Source: Zygnema circumcarinatum SAG 698-1b (lineage: Eukaryota; Plantae; Zygnematophyceae). Taken from it: 64,000 bases of DNA. Shown in pieces: positions 1 through 9,858 of this stretch; the first letter of the stretch is position 1; each line of letters opens with the position of its first letter. The notes under the pieces are model-generated. The model worked only from the letters and a program-made list of their open reading frames with translations. It searched no databases and was not told where the DNA came from. The translations under genes were made by a program, and so were the position numbers. The DNA is taken from positions 2,142,880-2,206,879 of the forward strand of contig CM074810.1 in NCBI GenBank assembly GCA_037447605.1. Reading direction: 5' to 3'.

Positions 1-9
1 GCCACCAAG

Positions 10-645
10 TGGTATCAGAGCCCATGGTGGCGAGGTGGACCACGTGAAGTTCAGCATCCCAGCGTTCGACGGCCAGGACTACAAGGGGTGGAGATGGCGG
101 CTGGTCCCCTTGCTCGTGGGCAAGGGGTTACTCGCTACGCTTGACGGGCATTCATCAAGGCACCGGTGTCGCCCGGGAGGGAGCCACGGCGATAAAGAGT
201 CGGAGTTCACACGGCCGCCGCATGGATGGTTGGCGATAACAAGGCCCTTACCCGCATCGCCATGAGTGTGAGGGGAAGTCCCTCGTCTATGCTGTATGAT
301 CTCAGGACCTCACATGCTATGTGGAGGTGCTTAGAAGAGATGTATGATGTAAAGGATAACGTGACGATTGTCAGCCTTACACGCTAGCCTAGGAAAGATG
401 ACGAACCTCGCATGAGAAACCATAGGGAATATGGTCAGATTTGACACTCTAATGGAGAGGTTCATGCCTTAAACCGCTAGAGGGGGACCATAAGATCAGC
501 CAGCTTCTGGGACCTACCGTCGGTTTGATGTGGCAGCGCGCTCTTAGACAAGTATCAACGAACTCCATGATGACCCTTGAGCAAGTGAAGCGGCGATCAA
601 GGAGGAGGATACAGTCCAAGACGCTATGCGACCGGAGAGGTGCCG
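10..645 (+). mobile_element. Ty1/copia fragment: primer-binding site (PBS) plus degenerate gag, cut by the 100-N gap; same family as the element at 15954-20111
   Basis: TGGTATCAGAGC (tRNA-iMet PBS) at 10-21. It is followed by DHVKFSIPAFDGQDYKGWRWRLVPLLVGKGLL, nearly identical to the gag start at ~16.4 kb. Frameshifted downstream. Confidence 0.85.
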
Positions 646-745
646 NNNNNNNNNNNNNNNNNNNNNNNNNNNNNNNNNNNNNNNNNNNNNNNNNNNNNNN
701 NNNNNNNNNNNNNNNNNNNNNNNNNNNNNNNNNNNNNNNNNNNNN

Positions 746-1607
746 ACTTCTAGTGTTGATCATAATGTCACCTTTGGAAGTGCTTTAAAGTATTTATTTA
801 TATCACAACCTCAAAATATTATTATTTTTTTTAAGGCTTTGTGTTTCAGTTGTATGAAGGACACCGAATTTTTTCAAGTACTAAAAAATATTCACGGATG
901 GCAAAAAATATATAAACCTATATATGTCTCACCTTCGCAGCTGCTTACTAGGGCTGCGGTGTTATAGCCTTCCGCTCCTAGTTTTTTTCGTTTAGTCCTT
1001 ACGTCCTTTGAGACCAATCCCTCGTGGTTCCCCGTGATAGTTTTGTCCATGTACATATGATGGCATCGCCATCGTGAGATCAATGCCACATCATTCTCTC
1101 GTTATGGTTTAGGTTATCCGTGTATTCCGCATGCATGCATGGCATAGCGTGGGATACATCACGGCCCCATAATGCATACATGGCCAAGCATCACCTGGAT
1201 ACCCGAGAAGAACATTCCATCATGCATTTGGAGTTTGCAGTCATCTTCACTCCTGAAATTATTTCCCAAAAGAAGCCCAACATTCGAAATTCTGTAGAGC
1301 CCGAGTCCCATAAGAAGACTGCCCAAGCACAAGGAAAAGAGGAGAGAGAGGTGTAGAGATGGCGAAATAGCAGAAAAGGAAAGCGAGAGGAGGGGGGGGG
1401 GGGGATTAGGAGAGGGGAGAGCGAGGGAGGAAGGGAGAGGAAGAGAGGGAGAACGAGAGACACCAGATAGGAGAGGGATAGTGAGGAAGTATGTGAGAGG
1501 GAGACAGAGGGAAGAGAGCGAGGGGGAGGAAACGAGGGAGGGATGGGGAGTGAGGGCGAGAGAGAGAGAAGAGTCCCAACTACCTCCCTCCCCCCCCCTG
1601 CGGCCAC
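746..1607. repeat. Tandem-unit copy A: downstream flank of the membrane gene plus a copy of the UTP15 stop codon and 3' flank
   Basis: CACTTCTAGTGTTGATCAT...GCTTTAA block recurs at ~8477, ~26916 and ~28002. AGGCTTTGTGTTTCAG block recurs at ~8561, ~29195 and ~31064. 1200-1607 aligns with ~31440-31838, ending at CTA(C/T)CTCCCTCCCCCCCCTGCGGCCAC. Confidence 0.85.
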
Positions 1608-1629
1608 TGATATATATCTGAAATTGTAA

Positions 1630-2053
1630 GTTGCTCCACATTCAAAGGCGCCGCGGCTCGATCGGAGCCGGCCCGCGCGGAAACGGACGGCGGCGATTCG
1701 CCGATGGACAGTGGGCGGACGCTCCGCCGTCGGATGCTCTCGCCAGCTGCGGGCCGCTCCATGTGACTCGCTCCGTTATTCTGCACGGCAGTTTCGCAGT
1801 CGAGCACGGCACTCGCACATGTGAGTCGATCCCGCCGGATTGCGCGGGTTCCAGTGAGCAATCCATCGATCGCCACGTGCCGGTCCCATTCTGACGCTTG
1901 AGGGACGCCGCAACCGCCTCAGGACACGCCCCACATCGCTCGGCGGCCAATCACAGGACGAGGCCGAATGGCTCGCGCAGGTGACGGCGCCGATATTTGT
2001 CGTATCCGCTGGACGGGGCGCTTGCCGGGCAGCTGCAAAAATTTGCCAAAAAC
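1630..2053. repeat. GC-rich repeat homologous to 8823-9420
   Basis: Shared AAGGCGCCGCGGCTCGATCGGAGCCGGCCCGCGCGGAAACGGACGGCGGCGATTCGCC and GGGCCGCTCCATGTGACTCGCTCCGT...GGCCAATCACAGGACGAGGCCGAATG blocks. Confidence 0.85.
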
Positions 2054-2063
2054 NNNNNNNNNN

Positions 2064-3232
2064 TGGTGGACACGCTCCAAATGGAGTTCCGGGGCCTTTC
2101 GGACAGGCTCCGGAGGATCGAGGAAGGTATGCCCCGAACCCCCCCTCAGGCTGTAGAGGCAGTGGATGCAGCAGGTCCTGGGGAAGGGGTTAGGCAAACC
2201 ACTCCGGTAGCGTCGTCTGTCCCGACGCCCCAACCGGCTGCCGGAAGCAGCCGGCAGAAGTCCGGACCCCCTGGCTTTTCCACGGGGGGGAGTCACCCCC
2301 ACGGGGGTGGCGAACCACCCAGCAGTGGGGGACCCCCGTCGGGGGCAGCTGCTGGGGGCGGAGGAGATCCCAGTCCTCGGACTGCTCCTCCGAAACCTAC
2401 TGAGGATGCCCGACGGAATCGGGCCAAGGTGGCCCCGCTTTCCTTTTGGGGCGAACATCCTACCACGGACTGCTCGATTGAGCAGTGGTTGGGTCAAACG
2501 AAGGGTTACCTTCTGGCGACCAACTGTCCCCCCCTCCAGTGGGTAAGCTTTGCTTACCCAGCACTCAGAGGAGCCGCATACCGTGTGTATGAGGGCCTCT
2601 CTGATGAGATTGGGGACGATTGGGATAAGTTCAGAGATGAACTTATCAAACACTTTGGGGCCTTGGATCCCGGCTTGGAGGCCCGGGATAAATTTCAGAA
2701 CATGGTCCAAACCGGCAGTGTCAAGCAGTTTCTGCGAGACCTGCGACAAGTGGTGCCTCAGATCACCACTCACAAGCCTGGACAGGCTGAGTTCTTTTTC
2801 CACTTCAGGAATGGCTTGAAGCCACACCTAAGGAAGCAGCTACGGACTAACCCACGGACTCTGAAACCGTGGGACCCCGCTGACTCTGAGCTGTACTTTG
2901 ATGCAGCCATTCAGTTGGACACCGCCCCTGCAGGCGATGCAGGCCCTTCCCGACCCCCGCAGAGGTCGGGCGACGTGACAGGGTCGTGGAAGGCGGGACC
3001 CTCAGCTCCTGCCAAGATGGCAGGAAGGAACAAGCGGAAGCAGCCGGAAGTGGCTGCCCGCCCACCCACTGCACGGCCGCAGAAGTTGACTCCAGAGGAA
3101 ATGGAGAAGATGCAGCGGGAGAACAAGTGTTTCCGCTGCCGCAAGGAGGGGCACAAGGCCCGGGATTGCCCTCTGAACGCCAAGGACAGGAAGGGCAAGG
3201 GGCCGGAAAACCCCAACCCACCAGCAGCTTAG
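2064..3232 (+). CDS. Gypsy Gag with CCHC zinc knuckle; the 5' end is in the gap, so the ORF-track start at 1997 is chimeric
   Basis: Long open frame with a retrotransposon-gag-like core (WVSFAYPALRGAAYRVY...WDKFRDELIKHF) and CFRCRKEGHKARDC. Confidence 0.9.
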
Positions 3233-3748
3233 GGGTCGTTGCTGGTGGACATGCTAGGTTAGGGGGAGGAATGGAGACTGCCACCAGGACTAGGGGACAT
3301 TTGTTTCTTAGAACCTCGGACATTCTTAAATTGGTTGGCAGACCTTTGGGAATGCACGATCTCTTTGTGTGTGATGCACTCCCTGTTTCCATTTCCCTCT
3401 CCCCTGCCACTGTAGTGACTCCTTTTGGGTTTATGGATGTAGTGATGAATGGTGATTGGCATGTCTTTATCCTCAATGTCATGGGCAATGATGTTCTCAT
3501 GCAACGTGCCATGGATGCTTCGCATGTCATGGGAAACACCTCCCATATCCTTGCGCTGCATGTGCTGGTTCCTCAGCACATGGCAGTTCGCACCTTTCCC
3601 AGCGCCACTTGGCGGTTGGTGACACAGTTGAGGAAAGGGCACACGTTGGTGCAAGAGATGGAAGGATCCACCCAGCCTGCTTGGCTGGCTCCTACCCTAC
3701 ATTATTGGTGGAGGACGCTCGCCCTCAACCTTCGTGATATAGTACCTT

Positions 3749-6597
3749 ATGTTCCACCTTGCCCATCGTGCCATGACCTTCGTCGGGTCAGCAAATGGCC
3801 ACCCAGCAGTTCTTCTGCTCGATACTGGGGCAGATGCTAACTTTGTTAGTTCTGCGTTCACCCAGAGATTTGGGTTGACCACAGATCCCCATTCAGAAAG
3901 TGTTACTTTCGGGGATGGACGCAAGGGCCAGATCTCTGGTAGCGTCACACTCAAGATCAAGCTCCAATCCTACTCCGGGGCAGTCAAGTGTCTTCTAACA
4001 CAACTGGCCCATGGAACTGATGTTATTTTGGGGAGTGCTTGGTTAACCATGGTCAAGGCACAAATGGACTTTTCTGTCCCACATTGCATTCTGCACACTG
4101 GTGGCAGGCGGCTTACCCTGCACCCTGGCAGAGCCACATCCTCTGCTGTCAAGCAGCCTGCTACTCCTTATCTGTGCTCAGCTATGCAATTGGCCAAAGC
4201 AGTTAAGGAAGGTTGCACCTTGTTCATGGTGCATGTCATGGCAGCCACTGAGGATGTTCATGACGAAGATCAGGAATGGCAAATCACATCTACGGATGTG
4301 CTCTCGGCTGTTCCATCCCAGATCCAACCTCTGTTGGATGAATTCAGGGATGTCTTCCCTGATGACCTTCCAAGAGGGTTGCCCCCATCGAGAGGGGTGG
4401 GGCACACAATCCCTCTTGAGCCTGAGCAAAAGCCGCCTTGGCGGCCGATCTATCGGTTAAGCCCAAAAGAAACCAAAGAGATGCGAAAGCAGTTGGCAAC
4501 TTTACGTGACAAGGGCTGGATAGAACCCAGTCAAAGCCCCTTTGGGGCGCCCATCTTGTTTGTTGGGAAGAAAGATGGCTCGTTGAGGATGTGCATTGAT
4601 TATCGTGCACTCAACAAGATCACCGTAAAGAATCGGTTTGCTTTACCACGTATCGATGATCTGTTGGATCGTCTTCACGGCGCCAAAGTGTTCACATCAC
4701 TTGATCTTGCTCAGGGGTACCATCAGATTCGTGTTACGGAAGCTGATGTGCCGAAAACTGCGTTCCGGACACCGATTGGTCATTTCCAATATAAGGTGTT
4801 GCCCCTTTGATTGACTAGCTCCAGCACCTGCTGTCACGGTAATCCAGACGTTTCCATCGACATGGACGAGTTTGTTTTGGTTTACCTCGATGATATCCAT
4901 GTCTTCAGTAAGACAGAGGAGGAACATCTTGAACACGTTCGGAAAGTGTTTGAGACCCTGAGGAAACACCAGTTTTATGCCATGAGGAAGAAGTGTCACT
5001 TCATGCAGCGCGAGTTGCTTTATCTTGGGCATATTCTCAATGATCAGGGCCTTCGGCCTGACCCTGCCAAAGTTTCAGCGGTAGAAACTTGGGCACCACC
5101 GACTGACTTGCATCAGTTGAGGTCTTTCTTGGGATTTGCGAATTATTTTCGTAAGTTCATCCAAGGGTTTAGTAAGTTGGTNNNNNNNNNNTATGAAAGT
5201 CGCAAAATGAATCCCGCTGAGCGCAACTATTCTGCAACAGAACAGGAACTGCTTGCAGTGGTCCACGCCCTGAGGACATGGCGGTGCTATTTAGAGGGGG
5301 CGAAAGCGGTCACGCTGGTCACTGACCACCGCCCGCTGACGTTCCTCTCAACCCAACAGACCCTGTCTAGGCGGCAGGCACGCTGGTCTGAGTTCCTCCA
5401 AAGGTTTGACTGCCAGTGGGTTTATCGGCCCGGAAGGCTGAATGTAGCAGACCCACTGAGTAGGCAGCCTCGGCATCTTGCCTGGATGGTGCGCTCGTCG
5501 ACTCGAGTGTTGGTGGAACGAGATGACAGAGGTGAGGGGCCGGCCAACCCCGAGTCTCCGTCTCCAGTATGCTTTGTCATAGATCCCTCCACCAGTGACG
5601 CAGTCAACCCTCCTGCTCTCTCTGATCTCAGACAGATGATCCAGGAGGGGTATACTGGTGATCTTTTGTTCCTGGATGGCCAAGGTAATGGCTATAAGGA
5701 CAAAGTGGTGTCTAAGGACGGATTTTGGTACCACGGCCAGCAGTTGGTCGTGCCCAAGGCCGGGACTGTACGGCAGCTCATTCTGGGTGAGCTACATGAT
5801 CCTCCGTACCGAGGTCACATGGGAGTTGCCAAAACCCGTGAGGCACTGCTCCGAGAGTTCTGGTGGCCTGGACTCTCGAGGGATGTGAAGGAGTATGTAC
5901 TCGCATGTCCAACTTGTCAACGCAACAAACCACGCACTGGCAAGATTACTGGCCTGTTGCAACCTCTTACCCCTCCTTTCCGTAAGTGGGAAAGTGTGGG
6001 TATGGATTTGATTACAGACTTGCCTGTAACACCACGGGGTCATGACTCCATCCTAGTGTTCGTCGACCGGCTTAGTAAGATGGTGCATTTTGCACCTACT
6101 ACTAAGACAGCTGGGGCCGACGACATTGCCAGGTTGTATGTTGACAAGGTGTGGAGCCAACATGGTCTTCAGTTAGAAATTGTGTCTGACCGCGGATCCA
6201 CGCATTCACCGCCATTTTTGGACGAAGTGCTCTCAAAATCGTTGCACCCAAGCAGGCGAGTACGTTTTCCTGTACCCGCAAACCGCATGGCCAGACGAAC
6301 GGGTGAACAGGATCTTGGAGGATTACCTCCGGCATTATGTGGGACCTACCCCGGATGGGTGGGACGAACTGCTCCCAGTGGCTGAGTATGCCATCAATAA
6401 TGCTTTCCAGGAGTCCATTGGTACCACCCCTTTCTTTTTGAACTTTGGCCAGCATCCTCTAAATCCCCTGCAACCAAGGGATCAGCCCCCTGACCCGTGG
6501 AACATGGGCGTCCACAGAACCCCCGATCCTTGGAAGCTGAGAGGGACTGATGGGACTCAACCTCCCGCAGTCAGATCTTTTGTCCGGCTAATGTCTG
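3749..6597 (+). pseudogene. Gypsy Pol, frameshifted near 4810 and 6200-6300
   Basis: Protease [46 protein letters not shown]...YLDD. RNase H NYSATEQELLAVV...TDHRPL. Integrase H-H/CPTC zinc finger, GMDLITDLP...VDRLSK, ERVNRILEDYLR. Confidence 0.93.
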
Positions 6598-7124
6598 NNN
6601 NNNNNNNAAATGCAATTCATTTCCTTTTTGTTTTTAACCAAAAAAATGCTTTTTTGGGGCTTGTGTGGTATTTAAGTTGAAATCACGTAAACTAATCTCA
6701 AAATCTTACATAAATAAGCTATTTACGATATTTAGGGGATCTCCCCTATTTGAAGAGGCCTGTATATCAGCCGTTATCTAGTCGTCACAGTTGTATAATA
6801 TAATATATATTATATAGTCGTAACTGATCCATCCCTAGTCACGACGGCGCGGCCATGACAACATACGTAGACAAAGTCAGCACAGGGAAACCACGGGAAA
6901 GTGGTCGCTATCAATCAGTAAATCAATCTATCAATCAATCAAAAGTCTCCATCAATTTTCTTGTCGCTATTCGCTAATCGTGAGGACTAGAATTCGCAGA
7001 CCGCACCGTTCCGCGTTGACCTAAGGAGCTGTACGGAGTCAACCTCACGGTACGGAGCGGGCTCCGTCGCGGTACAAAGGCGCCGTCTCCCTCACTCCCA
7101 CGTACCCACCTCTCTCTCTCTCTT

Positions 7125-7210
<86 letters not shown>

Positions 7211-7221
7211 GCCCCCTTAAA

Positions 7222-8298
7222 ATGGCGGACACCCCCCTCCTCAAGCCATGGTCTCCCGAAAAAGTCAGCGACATTGTGAGCTTCATTTTCATCGTCCTCG
7301 GAACCCTTCTGGTGGGTTTTTTTGAAAGATCGAAAATATCGGGAGCGGACTTGTCTCCAGATGATTTCTGGGCTTCCATTTTTATCTACATTCTGCAACT
7401 CTGCACCACGCTCCTATTTTTGTATTCCCTATTTCCTTTCATCAGATATGAAATACTGAAAAATAATGTAAACTTTGGCGACAAGGACCGGTTTAAGTCT
7501 GCTGTGGACCTAGTTTTGAGACTGACAACCATTCTCACCGCTTTGCTCTTTTGGTTCACGGAGTACATTAAAAATTATCGATTGCTGTTCGCAAACGCAC
7601 AGCTGGTGGCTCTTCAAAGCGGCATGACCTTACTGCTGCTGTACTTTTGTAAATTCGACATGGTCAATTTTCTCAACGTGGCGGCTACGGGTATAGGCTA
7701 CGTGACGTACCTCTTGGCCACTTCCGAGAAGCTGAAAGATTTGGTTTCTGCCCCATCCCCTCTCGATGAGAAAGAAAAGGAAAATATAAAGAAAATAGCC
7801 GGGATAGTGCAAGTGTTCGGATTTTCGGTGGGGGCGTGCTGGCTCTGGTACATCATAGGCAGGCCCTTGGTTAGTCGTGTCAGTTCTAAACTCAAAACCT
7901 CTTCTATGTGGAGCACTACTGTGATGCTGTCGGTAATACTTCAAGTGTCTCTTGAACTTCCCATAGCTCTCTATGTACCTTTCTTGTTTCTAGTTTACCA
8001 GTCATCTCGGCTATACCATGGCAAGTGCGTGGGTGGCATATGCTTAGCATACTCAACTGTATACATCTGCACTTTAGTTCTTCTCTTGGGTCCAACCAAG
8101 ACACACCTAAACACCTTAATCAAAAGATGGCGTTCATCGGATAATGATAAATTCCAGAACCTTCACGTGGCCGCCGATCTTGAGGCCGGGGCTGAAGAGC
8201 CGAGTGAAGGGACGATCTCTGTTGAGGGACTTCGCGAAGGGAGAGGTCGTAGCGGGCCGTCGGTGGAGCATGGGCGGGGAGAGAGAGGGGGCGAGTGA
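7222..8298 (+). CDS. Intronless orphan multi-pass membrane protein, 358 aa, about 8-9 predicted TM helices with a charged C-terminal tail
   Basis: 1077-bp ATG-to-TGA ORF in non-repetitive sequence, downstream of a CT tract. Repeated hydrophobic segments are separated by short charged loops. A frame-preserving paralog begins at ~15584. Confidence 0.75.
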   Translation: MADTPLLKPWSPEKVSDIVSFIFIVLGTLLVGFFERSKISGADLSPDDFWASIFIYILQLCTTLLFLYSLFPFIRYEILKNNVNFGDKDRFKSAVDLVLRLTTILTALLFWFTEYIKNYRLLFANAQLVALQSGMTLLLLYFCKFDMVNFLNVAATGIGYVTYLLATSEKLKDLVSAPSPLDEKEKENIKKIAGIVQVFGFSVGACWLWYIIGRPLVSRVSSKLKTSSMWSTTVMLSVILQVSLELPIALYVPFLFLVYQSSRLYHGKCVGGICLAYSTVYICTLVLLLGPTKTHLNTLIKRWRSSDNDKFQNLHVAADLEAGAEEPSEGTISVEGLREGRGRSGPSVEHGRGERGGE

Positions 8299-8987
8299 GA
8301 GGGGAAGGAAGGGAAGCGAAGGTAGAAGAGAGAACAGAGAAGGAAAACAAAGAGGACGCGGGGCAGCACGAAGAGGGCGAAAGGGAAGCGAAGGGTGGGG
8401 AGTAGCGAGACCTGCCATCTATGCTTTGGCAATCTCGTCGTATAATAGACATTATTTAGCACTTCTCCAGATACTGCACTTCTAGTGTTGATCATATTGT
8501 CTCTTTTGGAAGTGCTTTAAAGTATTATTTATATCACAACCTTAATTATTATTATTTTTTAGGCTTTGTGTTTCAGTTTTATGAAGGACACCGAATTTTT
8601 TCAAGGACAAAAAAAAATTCTCTCGCATGCATGCATGGCATCCATCGTAGCCCCATGCTTGCTTGCTCGCATGCACGGCCCTGAACCACCCTCATCCCCT
8701 CCTGGCAGGGCCGGATCTGGGACTTCCGTTCAAAAGGGGGCTGGCCAATGAGTTGGAAAAAGAAAAAAAATACATTTGTATCCATCTCTGAAATTTTTTA
8801 TTGTGTGTGTGTACAAATGTTTGCGCTGCTCCACATTTCAAAGGCGCCGCGGCTCGATCGGAGCCGGCCCGCGCGGAAACGGACGGCGGCGATTCGCCAA
8901 AGGACGACGGGCGGAGCCCAATTATTCATTATTGTTTATTTAAATTTAATATATAAAGTAATAAAATTACTTATCGATTAATATAAA

Positions 8988-9848
8988 GGATAATTCTACT
9001 GCACCCCCGCGTTTTGGCTTTTGCACCCCCCCTTTTGAAAAATTCGCGAGTTCTTTTTCGTCCAGTTATAGCCCACTCGAGTCCTCGTTTCAGTGAACCC
9101 GCAGCCCGCCGATGGGAGGCTCTCGCCAGCGGGCCGCTCCATGTGACTCGCTCCGTCATTCTGGACGGCAGTTTCGCAGTCCCGCACGACAGTCACATGT
9201 GTGAGTCGACCCGGCCTGGCGGGTTCCAGTGAGCCATCCATCGATCGCCACGTGGCCGGTGCCCTCCCGCGTTTGAGGCAAGCCAACAACCGCCTCACGA
9301 CACGCCCCAAATCGCACGGCGGCCAATCACAGGACGAGGCCGAATGACTCGCGCCGGAGAGGGCACCGATATTTGTCGTCTCCTCCGGACGGGGCCCTCG
9401 TCGGGCAGCCACACGAAATTCCCGAAAAAGAGCTGGCGGCCGCGGGCGGGAGGGCCTCGCGGGAGGTGGTACCATTGTTCAGGCAACGACCGACATTTAG
9501 AACAGCTACAGTCGGAGGTCCTCGTATTTACCACCCCAAGGAGTGCGTCCTCAATATTTTCGCCCCAATTTTGCCGAAACCACTTTTTTGTACGGTAACT
9601 TGTGTTAGCCGTACTGTCCGTACTGTTTGTACTGTCCGTACTGTTCGTACTATCTGTACTAGCCTTTATGGGCTTACGCAAAACGCACCTATATCTCCCC
9701 GCTCGTGCCGCCGTAAGAGGCGCTCGCTCTTCTCCCCGTCTTCTTGATTTCGATACGATACGATACGATATGGTCAATACGATACGAAACTCCCCGATGG
9801 TTGGATGACGACAGTATGTACGACAGTATATGCGTCACGATATGTCAC
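8988..9848. mobile_element. Probable truncated relative of the long-TIR Mutator-like element
   Basis: Starts GGATAATTC with TTTTGGCT..CACCCCCCC like the TIR at 28134. 9540-9605 (GTGCGTCC..TTCGCCCCAATTTTGCCGAAACCAC..TTTTGTACGGTAACT) and the (GATAC)n run match the core at 30340-30620. Ends in a gap. Confidence 0.5.
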
Positions 9849-9858
9849 NNNNNNNNNN

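Larger units (their letters stand above)
2064..6597 (+). mobile_element. Ty3/gypsy LTR retrotransposon internal region (gag-PR-RT-RH-IN); LTRs not visible because both ends are gaps
   Basis: Domain order protease, RT, RNase H, integrase; motifs listed in the gag and pol entries. Confidence 0.95.

Noticed and set aside
1997-2063. ORF-track start of the 411-aa gag
   Set aside because: It spans an N gap, and the sequence left of the gap belongs to the GC-rich repeat, not the retrotransposon.
3640-3780. Apparent second integrase H2C2 zinc finger (YWW...CPSCH) before the protease
   Set aside because: It is in an alternative frame overlapping the pol-frame start ([12 protein letters not shown]) and is not preserved in frame in the second copy; most likely coincidence.
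8477-8487. CTAG|T as a Helitron 3' end of the repeated unit
   Set aside because: No GC-rich subterminal hairpin and no TC 5' end, and homology between copies continues on both sides.
8676-8725. CGGCCCTG...CAGGGCCGGATC as hAT-like TIRs
   Set aside because: Only 8 bp, pointing outward, with no TSD or partner end found.
9600-9790. CRISPR-like or structured-RNA array
   Set aside because: Simple 9-bp and 5-bp tandem repeats without unique spacers, in a eukaryotic context. No tRNA or rRNA genes were recognised anywhere in the window.
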